The notes under the pieces were generated by a model. The model saw only the letters and a program-made list of their open reading frames with translations. It searched no databases and was not told the DNA's origin. From Macrostomum hystrix (lineage: Eukaryota; Animalia; Platyhelminthes): 64,000 nt of DNA. The position numbers and the translations under genes were made by a program. Shown in pieces: positions 38,777 to 51,300 of this stretch; position 1 is the stretch's first letter, and every line of letters starts with the position of its first letter. The stretch is taken from positions 4,526,001 to 4,590,000 of the forward strand of contig CATNEN010000001.1 of assembly GCA_950097015.1 (NCBI GenBank), written 5' to 3'.

Positions 38777-39224
38777 CTATACACTCCAGTGCGTCCTACC
38801 GCTCAACATGTTCCTTGAGAAAATCTACGTGTTCCTGTGGTTCTGGCATGTGCTTGTCAGCATTGTGACGCTGAGCTCCTTCGTCAATTGGTTCTTTCGC
38901 ATGGCGTTTGCTCGCCGACGCCTGATCTTCATACGCAAATACCTGAAGATCATGAACGTGCTGAAGGACACGGACAAGACAACCAGTAGAAAATTTGTGG
39001 AGAACTATCTGCGCATAGATGGTGTGTTCATTTTCCGTCTCATCGCTATGAACTGCGGCGACATTGTGGCTGGAGATCTGGCCTGCGAACTCTGGAGCAT
39101 CTACCGGCACAAGCGGCTTCAAGAGCTGGACGACACCAAGCTAGAGACAGACCATAGACATGCGCCCGGATATCCCGGGCTAAATTCTAACAATGGCAAT
39201 AATGGAGACGATAATATAGTGTAG
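38777..39224 (+). CDS. inx: Innexin B, coding exon 3; full protein 423 aa from ATG 23501
   Basis: Acceptor TTTCAG|; YTLQCVLPLNMFLEKIYVFLWFW and FVENYLRIDGVFIFRLI; stop TAG; spliced CDS 1272 nt. Confidence 0.95.
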
Positions 39225-41498
39225 TTTTGAGGGCACACAGTTAAGGTTTAGTCCGGCAGATCGAGTTGACAATGATTGGACGAAATATTTTTTTTCCTCA
39301 AAAACACCTCTACACTGAATCTCTACACTGAATGCTCATTAAAATGACACGAGCATTTTTGTTCAAGGGATTAAGAATTGAAGAGTCGGATATGGATGGA
39401 TTTAAAAAATCCGTTCTATTGCAGAAGTACTTGCCAGATTTTACGAGTTAGTATAGATGTGTTGTCACTTGTCACCCACATTTGTGCACCCAAAGCGTTA
39501 AACTTAAATTAAGTAACAAATATTGTTTTAATGTGGTCTATTTTTATACATGTAAATATGTTTTGTGCAGTATAGTACGAGCCATCCCATTATTTTTGCA
39601 CACAAAGTGATTTACTAAATACCTCACTGATCGTTTCAATATAATGCTGTCGTTCATTAACGTATTATTTCTGTCCCGGCCGTGTTGTCCATCGTGAAGT
39701 AGCAATGAAAAAACCAATGCCACACAATTGTTTGTTTGAGTTTACTTTTTTATAATTTACGCATTGAATGGATGTCGCATGGACAAAGCGTTCAAAGGAA
39801 ACAAAAGAGTATTTTTTTCCACGTCGACCAGCTTTTTCTTGACGCATGCTAGCCACCGTAACCATGGCAAAACGGATCCCAAGTTGTTGTTATATAGCAT
39901 TCGTCTACCTCTAGAAGTTACTGCAATTTTAATGTTGAAAGTCTTCACTTAGCCGCTTTTGACTGTTGTTTTTAAGGTCTTGCAACTGAGCATGAGATCA
40001 CCTAAATGCACATATAATAGTCATAGTTCGCGATATATAGTCATGCCGTAAATGCCCATTTAGTTTTGTGTTACCATCGTGGTCATTGCACACGCTTCAA
40101 ATGCGTGTTTTTATTGTAAAATAGCAGATAAATGTAAAAAATCTAACCCTAAGCCAATTATCATGATAATATTAACTGTTTTACTAACGAGATACTATAG
40201 GACTACTAGCAAGGAGATTAAGAATAAAATGCGCAGCGAAATGTATTTCTTAGAGATATAAAATTCAATTTGATAGTTTTGTATCAAATTTGCATCAACT
40301 AGCATTATAAAGACACTCGACAGGAAACGAAATGTGATTTTTTGTTATAAGTCATTGCTGCGAAAATTCTAAAGCTTCAATCAGTTCAAACTCGCTGTAC
40401 AAGGCTAGCGTAGATAGTGGATAAAATTGCAATACGGAAACTAGTCTAAGCTGTTTCTGGATATTTTTGTAAATGTTAACAGAATATTTGATTTTGCTAT
40501 TTACATAAACATATTCACATAAATAAAAAACATGTTTCTGCAACTGTATCGAGTTCACTTCTCCACACAACAATTAAGTTTTACAAATCCGTATATTTTA
40601 TGTTTCGAATAAATGTAAAGCTTTTTAATGTCACTAGTTGTCATCCGGAATAAGTTTATTACAATTTTTCTAACTCGTCTGAAGTGTTAACCACGCATTC
40701 CCACAGGATTTATAGCTTAAATAACTCATATATATTGCATGGTGTTCGTTGATCTTAATTTCTAACAAGAAATATTAAAATGTTTTTGCATCACGCATAG
40801 TTTCAACTGCACACTAATGTGACGCATATTTTTGCGCTAATGTTTACTGATATGTGAATGTTGATTGCATACCTCTGCAATGAAGTTTTTTTCTTATACA
40901 ATAATTTTTACTAAATATGTGCTATATGTTTAATTGTGCATTAAAGTTCCATAAATTAAAAAAGTTTGTATATGCAAACCTTAATAAATCCTCGAAATAT
41001 TTACTGTCGTGTTCAAGAAATACCCTTTAGCTTATTAAGCTACTTTTAATATTGCAATTTTGTCCTAAAATTATTAAAAGGTCATTTAAAATTCAGAGAG
41101 ACTTAAATGTTTTTACAATTTTTTCACTGTCTTATTCGTAGATAAGTTTAGCTTTTTGTTAATAAACTTGTAAGACCTTCACGTAAATTGAGTAATTCGA
41201 ATTGTAAATGCGCTGTTTCATTGCACAACTAACTCGATGTGTTAAATCCTACGTATTTGGTTTTCGCGATTTAGCTATATTTTTTATGATTACAAATTGT
41301 TCGAAATTGCCGAATGTGTATTTTTGTCGAATAATTATTTAATAAAAACTTATTATTTCTTGATAGTCGCTATACGTGAAATATACTTTACCATGCTATA
41401 ATTAAGACTTTTATAGAATTTCCCCAAATCGTTGGTCAAATTAAAAAAGTCCTTTGTTTTGTTTGATCTACAGCCAAAGTCAGAGGTAAAAAAGTATA

Positions 41499-42093
41499 CT
41501 CAGGAACAGCTAAAACCCCCCCAACTCACGCTGTCACACGGCCCAAAAGTTTTGTATACCATCGGTGACTCAGAAATGTGTGAAGGCTGCCGCCGCCAGA
41601 CGCGAGGGCAAAGAGTTTGTCATTCTGGAGCAGAATGTAACTAGGCAGACCTATGCAGAGCTGCTACAGCAGCAGTTTCTGCCATTTGCTACGACAACCT
41701 TTGGCGGCCCGCATGCTTCAAGACGACAACGCTGCGCCACATCAAGCAGCACACGTGCAGCTGCTGAAGGAGCAGCTCGGCATTCGCACATTGAACTGGC
41801 CGTCAAAGTCTCCAGACATGAACCCCATCGAGCATGTCTGGGACTTTGTCAAGCGAAGAGTTCAGCAGGATGCCCCACAGAATGCTGAACAGTTGCGACT
41901 GGCGGTGCTGAATACCTGGCAGCAGCTGCCCCAAGAGTTCATCAACCGGCTGGTGATCAGGATGCCACGACGAGTCACGGCACTTTTGCATGCTCCTGGT
42001 TCCTACACACGATACTGAGACTAGAATTAAAGACATTGCTTAACTTTTGTGCCCGTGTGACAGCGTGAGTTGGGGGTTTTAGCTGTTGCTGAG
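41499..42093 (+). mobile_element. Non-autonomous, internally deleted Tc1 (DD34E) DNA transposon, ~595 bp
   Basis: ~53-bp TIRs (CTCAGGAACAGCTAAAACCCCC..AACTCACGCTGTCACACGG..CAAAAGTT and its reverse complement); TA on both sides (41497-98, 42094-95); transposase C-terminal remnant inside. Confidence 0.93.
41575..42018 (+). pseudogene. Tc1 transposase C-terminal remnant (frameshifted; lacks the N-terminal HTH and first catalytic Asp)
   Basis: LQDDNAAPH...WPSKSPDMNPIEHVWDFVKRRV with 34 residues between D and E; MPRRV..GSYTRY C-terminus; frameshift near 41710. Confidence 0.9.
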
Positions 42094-44024
42094 TATTTAT
42101 CTTGTGGACAATATTAATATCTGAGAAATTATTTTGTGATTCTTCGCAAATCATTCGATCAAAAGTAAAAAAAACTAGTAAAATGTAGACCGCACTACTT
42201 TCATCAATATAGCTAGCTCATTACGAAATCCCGAATTCAAAACAATGTACTTCTACAACTTGTTCGCAAACTTTTAAAAGCTAAATTTGACATGTATTCA
42301 TTCGAATGTAGATGAATTTTGATTATACTGAAAGTTCTACTGATTAATTGAAAACCGACTTACATCTGCACCTGTTCAGCCTGTAAATAATACAACAACC
42401 GTGTCGATTAGACGCGCTGCAATTTGAGAAGCGTCTAAAAAGACTTTGGTCAAATAGGTCCCTTTTGCAGCCCCAGATATCATATTTCGAGAAAATAATT
42501 AGCTTACTATAGGGATATATTAAATAATCTATATTTATACTGATTTATTCTACATCAATCATATCAAGATGATTAATGACTATATTCATTGGATCGCACA
42601 CGAAATTGTACTTTTATGAACAACAATTTTAGCGACGCTACAATGAAACAATAACATTAATCCACACTAGAGCATTTTCTCTAAAAAATGATTAAAAAAA
42701 TCGTTAAAAGTGCACACACGTGTGTCTGTTTTTTTGATTCCACAAAAGTACATTAGACAGACAGGCATAGAGACGGACACGCGGAGGTGAATGAGGATGG
42801 TGATCTAAGCGTCGTTTATTTTTTGAGCGCCGAGTTTGAAGAACAGTTTTTTATATGTAATCGATCACACAATATGATCATTATCCTTTCCAGTGGTTTC
42901 TGTTAATAGTGATGTTTCATCTGAAAACTGGTACTGCGGTCTGTGCCACAGAAAAAAGGTCAATAAGGACAAAAAACAGCTAAACTACTATTTTGGGAGT
43001 AGACGGGCACAACACGATTTGGCAACAAATGTTGATCAGAAAAATGAATGAATAAATAAAGAAATAACACAGAGTGATTAATCAATCCAATAAAAACACA
43101 GATAGCATGTTTGAATTAGAATTATTATATAAGATTTCGCAAAACACACAAACACCAAGTCTATACGCAAAGATATTCAATAGACGACACTAAATTTCAC
43201 CCAGCTAAAATGCTTTCCTAACTAATGCGTCAAAGCCAACTGAAGCTAAAACGCCTTAACTGAAAGTTTTTTGTTGAGTATGTGTGAGCACGACTACACG
43301 GGCTGGGTAACAGAAATTGTATGTTCACAAGAAAATCGATCCCTTTCCTATTCCAACTTCGGCTCACGCACTTCGGTCGCTCTGCCTCTGGCAAGATTAA
43401 GAGTGTGCGCAATGATTCAGCAGTTCTTAAAGTTCTGTTTCCTAATTCCTATTATTATTAGTGCCCACTTTGCAATTTTGCAATTTTGGGGAATTAAAAC
43501 ACGTTACGTTACGTTAGAGCAGAGAAATTAATAACAGAATAACAAAGGAACGAATTTAAAAGTACTTCTCATTGACTAGAAAGCATTGAAGATGGAAAAA
43601 TCACTCAGCTCAAGTAGAGATAGGTTTCTTAAGTAAGTCTTCTTCTAGATTTGCTAATCTTTGTTTTTTTGGCACGACCAAGACGACTAAAATTGAGGAC
43701 AACAAAAACCACAGGTGTTCACTCGAGATGTGAAAATAAATAGTAAATTATGCCATTTAATTAGATTGTTATGTAGTTGCACACAAGAGAAAAAACAAAC
43801 ATAGCAAAAACAAAGATTGCAACAACAAAGAACTGTGAATGCAGATTTTAACTAGGAAATAAGGAACAAGTACCACGTAAATAAATTTAGAATGGCAAGC
43901 TAGCTTATGCCAATATCCAAAACAATGCCGATTGGAGCAATAAATAAATAAATAAAAGAAAGAGAAAGAAGGAATTAAAGGACAGAAAAAGTGTTTTGAC
44001 AATGAAATCGAAACGATCAACTAA

Positions 44025-44760
44025 CCTACAGAATCTCACCCATACAGGGCTACAGAATCTCACCCATACAGAGCTACAGAATCTCATCCATACAGAGCTA
44101 CAGAATCTCACCCATACAGGGCTACAGAATCTCACCCATACAGAGCTACAGAATCTCACCCATACAGAGCTACAGAATCTCACCCATACAGGGCTACAGA
44201 ATCTCACCCATACAGAGCTACAGAATCTCACCCATACAGGGCTACAGAATCTCACCCATACAGAGTTACAGAATCTCACCCATACAGAGCTACAGAATCT
44301 CACCCATACAGGGCTACAGAATCTCACCCATACAGAGCTACAGAATCTCACCCATACAGAGCTACAGAATCTCACCCATACAAAGCTACAGAATCTCACC
44401 CATACAGAGTTACAGAATCTCATCCATACAAAGCTACAGAATCTCATCCATACAGAGCTACAGAATCTTACCCATACAGAGTTACAGAATCTCATCCATA
44501 CAAAGCTACAGAATCTCACCCATACAGGGCTACAGAATCTCACCCATACAGAGTTACAGAATCTCACCCATACAAAGCTACAGAATCTCACCCATACAGA
44601 GTTACAGAATCTCATCCATACAAAGCTACAGAATCTCATCCATACAGAGCTACAGAATCTCACCCATACAGAGTTACAGATTCTCATCCATACAAAGCTA
44701 CAGAATCTCACCCATACAGAGCTACAGAATCTCACCCATACAGAGCTACAGAATCTTACC
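44025..44760. repeat. 24-bp minisatellite (CTACAGAATCTCACCCATACAGAG)n
   Basis: Direct reading. Confidence 0.96.
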
Positions 44761-45368
44761 TAATGAATCGACTACAGTAGATTTTAAAATCAGTTTTAAT
44801 GGCACAACAGAAGCCGTGTATACAGTTGCACAGAAATTTGCAAAAAAATCAAACTTGTGAATCAAGAGATCAGAGCGTACACCAATAATAAACTTAGTGA
44901 AATAAATAACTATTAAGATAGACCAGAAACAAAAAAAATGAAGCATGTTTCTTTAGAGCTATCGTTATTAAATGGAATAGACGAGAAGAAACCGACAATA
45001 AAACATAGAGCCAAGAGAGAAAACCTATTGATTTGAATTTACTAACAAAAATGCTAGAGTTATTATTGTTTTGGACACAGAATGACGCAAAAACTTAGTT
45101 TTAAACTTTAAAATGACAATTCCTTCTTTTTCCGCAATTTTATAAGCATTGCTCCTTCGAAAAATGATGATGAATAGGAAAAAAATAGTGCCAAATGTCA
45201 TGAGATGAGTAAAGAAAGCTAAAAGATGTTATTATTTTCTGGATCTCAAGAAAGTTTGTTTTTTATCTTATCTTGTATACGTATTAAATCTAAAAAACTG
45301 AAAGTTTTACATCGAGTCCGCATTTTGCATTTTAGCTCGACTTTGTTCGTTTTAATTAGAAGCATAAA

Positions 45369-48300
45369 TCACTTGCTTTTGTCTTTGCCTTGCTTGAAAA
45401 CTGAAATGGAGAAGCATATTAACGGAATGTTTAAGAGGCCGCAAGTGACCAGTAAATCAATAAAAAATCAAAGAGTAAACAGAAAATCGGTAAAGGGTTA
45501 GGGAGTGACCAGAAGATCGGTGAAGGATTGGAGAGTGACCAGAAGATCGGTGAAGGATTGGAGAGTGACCAGAAGATCGGTGAAGGATTGGAGAGTGACC
45601 AGAAGATCGGTGAAGGATTGAAGAGTGATCAGAAGATCGGTGGATTGGAGAGTGACCAGAAGATCGGTGAAGGATTGGAGAGTGACCAGAAGATCAATGA
45701 AGGATTGGAGACTGACCAGAAGATCGGTGAAGGATTGGAGAGTGACCAGAAGATCGGTGAAGGATTGAAGAGTGACCAGAAGATCGGTGAAGGATTGAAG
45801 AGTGATCAGAAGATCGGTGAAGGATTGGAGAGTGACCATAAGATCGGTGAAGGATTGGAGAGTGACCAGAAGATTGGTGAAGGATTGGAGAGTGACCAGA
45901 AGATCGGTGAAGGATTGGAGAGTGACCAGAAGATCGGTGAAGGATTGGAGAGTGACCAGAAGATCGGTGAAGGATTGGAGAGTGACCAGAAGATCGGTGA
46001 AGGATTGGAGAGTGACCAGAAGATCGGTGAAGGATTGGAGAGTGACCAGAAGATCGGTGAAGGATTGGAGAGTGACCAGAAGATCGGTGAAGGATTGGAG
46101 AGTGACCAGAAGATCGGTGAAGGATTGGAGAGTGACCAGAAGATCGGTGAAGGATTGGAAAGTGATCAGAAGATCGGTGAAGGATTGGAGAGTGACCAGA
46201 AGATCAGTGAAGGATTGGAGAGTGACCAGAAGATCGGTGAAGGATTGGTAAGTGACCAGAAGATCGGTGAAGGATTGGAGAGTGACTAGAAGATCGGTGA
46301 AGGATTGGAGAGTGACCAGAAGATCGGTGAAGGATTGGAGAGTGACCAGAAGATCGGTGAAGGATTGGAGAGTGATCAGAAGATCGGTGAAGGATTGGAG
46401 AGTGACCAGAAGATCAGTGAAGGATTGGAGAGTGACCAGAAGATCGGTGATGGATTGGAGAGTGACTAGAAGATCGGTGAAGGATTGGAGAGTGACCAGA
46501 AGATCGGTGAAGGTTCGGAGAGTGACCAGAAGATCGGTGAAGGATTGAAGAGTGATCAGAAGATCGGTGAAGGATTGGAGAGTGATCAGAAGATCAGTGA
46601 AGGATTGGAGTGACCAGAAGATCGGTGAAGGATTGGAGAGTGACCAGAAGATCAGTGAAGGATTGGAGAGTGACCAGAAGATCGGTGAAGGATTGGAGAG
46701 TGACCAGAAGATCAGTGAAGGATTGGAGAGTGACCAGAAGATCGGTGAAGGATTGGAGAGTGACCAGAAGATCGGTGAAGGATTGGAGAGTGACCAGAAG
46801 ATCGGTGAAGGATTGGAGAGTGACTAGAAGATCGGTGAAGGATTTGAGAGTGACCAGAAGAGCGGTGAAGGATTGTAGATTGTCAGAAAAAATCTGGAAT
46901 AAGTCTATAGACATGTAAAAATGATTATTAAATAAAAGTACTGATAAACTTACCTGCACCAAACAAACCCTTCTTTTTCTTTTTCGAACCCTGAAATAAA
47001 TTAAAAGGGGACCAGGGAATTTCAGTTTAAAGTGTGATAGCAACGAAGTTATTGGAACTATAAATAAGGCTACTTTTGAACAAAGATAAAGAATTACGTA
47101 CCTGAGAGTTGTCAAACTGTGCAAAAGTCAATATATATAAATGCTTATCAATTTTAGTAGAAATGAAATGATTGTGATAATTAGTTAGTATAATATCAGA
47201 ACTTAGGAGTCATAAATCATAATAAAATTTGCACAAGTGAAATCAATTATCAAATAAGGTTTAATTTAATTAAGTATATTCTCAGCTAAAAGTGAGGCAA
47301 ATTAAGCAGGAGCTTAACTTGTCATAGACCATTTTTACGCACCTAATTGTCACACCTAGTACTGCAGATAAATCAATTAAAAATCAATATGACAGAACTG
47401 ATCGAAAGTTTATTATAAAAATATAATAATTAGATAAAGTGGAATGGTTAAGTAAATCAAATTTAAGGTTTATCTAATTGATCGCATGACAGTAAATATG
47501 ATTTAAGAAATTTTACAACATAGTACCAGAGCAAAGGAATACTTGTATTAAGCTATAAATAAGCAAGACTTGATAGATGAAACGATAAAGATTAAATTAG
47601 ATTTTCAAGTGAAATAAAATAAAATCTAATAAAGATAAATTAAGTCCGTTAGAATGAGGAAATGTGTTCATTAAGGCTAGGTCACCAATTAACTCAAGGA
47701 TTATACTTACACTACCAGCGTCATCCTTTGAACTGGTACTTTCGCGTCTTGCCTGTTGGAAAATGCGTCGAACATCCAGTTGGTTGGTAATTTAGTTTTT
47801 TCATAATTAAATAAGGTAGAACACTTGTAACTATTGAATCCCAAATTAGTTTAGCTATACGTTGCAATACTCACAAACACACAAACACAATGCATTATGA
47901 TTTATTCTAGTTCGTTGATACAACAATAAAAGGAATGCAACAAATAGAAAATAAACATCTATGAAAATATGGTGCATAGCATTGCTTTTCATACAATATT
48001 GCTATTAAATACAAACTACACTAATGATGAACCAATAGTGTATTGCACTGATGTAACAAACAAAAAAATACAATTGCAACCAAAACAATAAAAATAGAAA
48101 ATATGACAATTTCGAACTCGAAAAAATAACGTCAAGCTGACAAAAAGAAGAAACTAACGTGTGTCATTACTTTGATAATATCAAATTTAACTGACTTGTC
48201 ATAATAACAACAATAATAATATATAATGGCAAAAATAGGGTTGTAAAGTTTATAAGCAAAAATGTATATTGCAAAACAGAAAATGTAACTATACTTGTAT

Positions 48301-51300
48301 CTGATTGCAATCAATAATTTGCAATCAAGAATCTGCGTGCTTTTTGTCAAAAAAGTTTCAACAATTTAAAATTCCAAGTCTTCTTTGCTTTGATACCAAG
48401 GAATTTTAGAAAACTGAAGTAGACATACAGACAGTTAGACAGACAGGCAGACAGATAGGACAGACAGACAGACAGATAGACAGACAGGCAGACAGAGAGG
48501 ACAGACAGACAGATAGACAGGCAGACAGAGAGGACAGACAGACAGATAGACAGGCAGACAGAGAGGACAGACAGACAGATAGACAGACAGGCAGACAGAG
48601 AGGACAGACAGACAGACAGACAGAGAGGACAGACAGACAGATAGACAGGCAGACAGACAGATAGACAGGCAGACAGAGAGGACAGACAGACAGACAGATA
48701 GGACAGACAGACAGACAGAGAGGACAGACAGACAGATAGACAGGCAGACAGAGAGGACAGACAGACAGATAGACAGGCAGACAGACAGATAGACAGGCAG
48801 ACAGAGAGGACAGACAGACAGATAGACAGGCAGACAGAGAGGACAGACAGACAGATAGACAGACAGGCAGACAGAGAGGACAGACAGACAGACAGACAGA
48901 GAGGACAGACAGACAGATAGACAGGCAGACAGACAGATAGACAGGCAGACAGAGAGGACAGACAGACAGATAGACAGGCAGACAGACAGATAGACAGGCA
49001 GACAGAGAGGACAGACAGACAGATAGACAGGCAGACAGAGAGGACAGACAGACAGATAGACAGAAAGGCAGACAGAAAGGACAGACAGACATATAGACAG
49101 ACAGGCAGACAGACAGACAGATAGAACAGACAGACATATAGACAGACAGGCAGACAAACCTTTTTACGAACAGATAGACGAAAATGAAATAAACGGATAG
49201 AGTAATAACCACAACTATAATATCGACAGTGACAAGCAATATTCATATGAAAAAAAGCAGACAGCAAAAAATAATTTTATAGAGAAGAAAAACATCAATT
49301 AGTGGCATAACAAAAAGAGGTAAACAAGAAATCAAATAGGCGCCAGAAAAAGCAAAGTATGGCTTCATTTGACAATAGAAACCATAGTAACAACACGATA
49401 CTAGTATCTCTAGTTTGTACTCACACTATTGGCAGATCTGTCAATTGGAGCTGCAGCGGCGGCTGCGGCGGTGGGGGCAACATTATTAGCTGCCGAGGCA
49501 GCCGACACTGTGGACGAAGATTCCGACGTTTGACGACTGGAAGCTCGGTTGGAGCCGGGGGTCGTAGCGGGGGCGGCGGAGGCGGCGGGGGCAGCGGGGG
49601 CAGGTGCCTTGGCGGTGGAAGTTGTAGAGGGTGATGAGGCGGCGGCGGGCACAGACTGGGCAGCTGTTTGGCCATTCTGTTGGGGCTAAAAATGGATTTT
49701 TTATGAATTTTTATTTTTAAGAATGTTTTTTATAGAGCGCAGGTAATTTTCGTAAATTCGCAAAAGCCAAATCTAGAATATATTTCGTGCCGCGGATTCG
49801 AGCCCAGGACCTTTGGTGGCAGAGTCGAATGCATTACTATTCGGCCACTTAACCTTCAACTATTAACACTAGAAAGATCAGTGTTAAGAATCAGTGTTAA
49901 AAATCAGGCTAAGAATCAAAGGCAATATCTTACCTGCTGCTGTTTCACTTTCTGCTCCAACTGTTGCACTTTCTGCTTCTCGCTATTTAGCTCTCCCTGC
50001 AGTTTGGCTTGCATCTAAAAATAAATAAAAGCAATTTTTCCATACGAGAATTGTCTAAAAAATCGTGGCTAAAAACGAAAAAAAAATGGTAAGTCAAGTA
50101 AGTCAACAATGGTTCAAAACATTGGCACTTTGTCCACGCAAATACGTTATGGGTTAAAAAAATGCAAGTACAATATTAACTTAAAACCTGTCTATAAAAA
50201 AACAATTTTTTTCGCATGACAATCAAAGCAGACAATAGTTGGAATAGTCGAAACTGATAAAATAAACGATGAATGAGAAGCTGGTTCATGTGATAATGAT
50301 TACATGATCAAATATCATCGACTAGATTATACTTACGCGTCGAAGCAAGCCTGTGGCAGTAATAATTTTAGCGTGTAAAGTGTAATAACTAAAACTGAAA
50401 ATTCATTAGGCCATCAGTCACCCAGAGAATAAACACGACAAAGATTAGCCAGTGACCAAAGCATTGAATAGCTAGAGAGTGAACGTGTGACAAGAATGTC
50501 GGATAGAGAATGGAATAGTGACAAGAATGTTGGATAGAAAATGGAATAGTGACAAGAATGTCGGATAGAGAATGGAATAGTGACAAGAATGTCGGATAGA
50601 GAATGGAATAGTGACAAGAATGTCGGATAGAGAATGGAAGAGTGACAAGAATGTCGGATAGAGAATGGAAGAGTGACTAGAATATCGGATAGAGAATGGA
50701 AGAGTGACCAGAATATCGGATAGAGAATGGAAGAGTGACCAGAATATCGGATAGATAATGGAAGAGTGACCAGAATATCGGATAGAGAATGGAAGAGTGA
50801 CCAGAATATCGGATAGATAATGGAATAGTGACAAGAATATCGGATAGAGAATGAAAGAGTGACAAGAATATCGGATAGAGAATGGAAGAGTGACCAGAAT
50901 ATCGGATAGATAATGGAAGAGTGACCAGAATATCGGATAGAGAATGGAAGAGTGACCAGAATATCGGATAGATAATGGAATAGTGACAAGAATATCGGAT
51001 AGAGAATGAAAGAGTGACAAGAATATCGGATAGAGAATGGAAGAGTGACCAGAATATCGGATAGAGAATGGAAGAGTGACCAGAATATCGGATAGAGAAT
51101 GGAAGAGTGACCAGAATATCGAAGGGACAATGATAGAGTGAGAATGATATTGGATTGTGACCAGAATGAAGAAATTCAGTGAAGCAAGTGAAAACTGATA
51201 CTATTGAGCACGAAAGTTTTCCGATATAAATTTTCTTTAACTTATGACTAAACTAAACCACAACAAGTCAAAAAACGTCAAAATTCAAAAGGTGAAGAGA

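Noticed and set aside
39700-39950. Decayed hAT/ZNF862-like N-terminal zinc-finger remnant on the minus strand (..LPWL..DVEKNTLLF..)
   Set aside because: The similarity is too fragmentary and no termini were found.
50337-50350. 14-nt minus-strand microexon (CAG|GCTTGCTTCGACGC|GTAAGT) in an RRBP1 intron
   Set aside because: Frameshifting, with a weak polypyrimidine tract; cannot be supported without RNA data.
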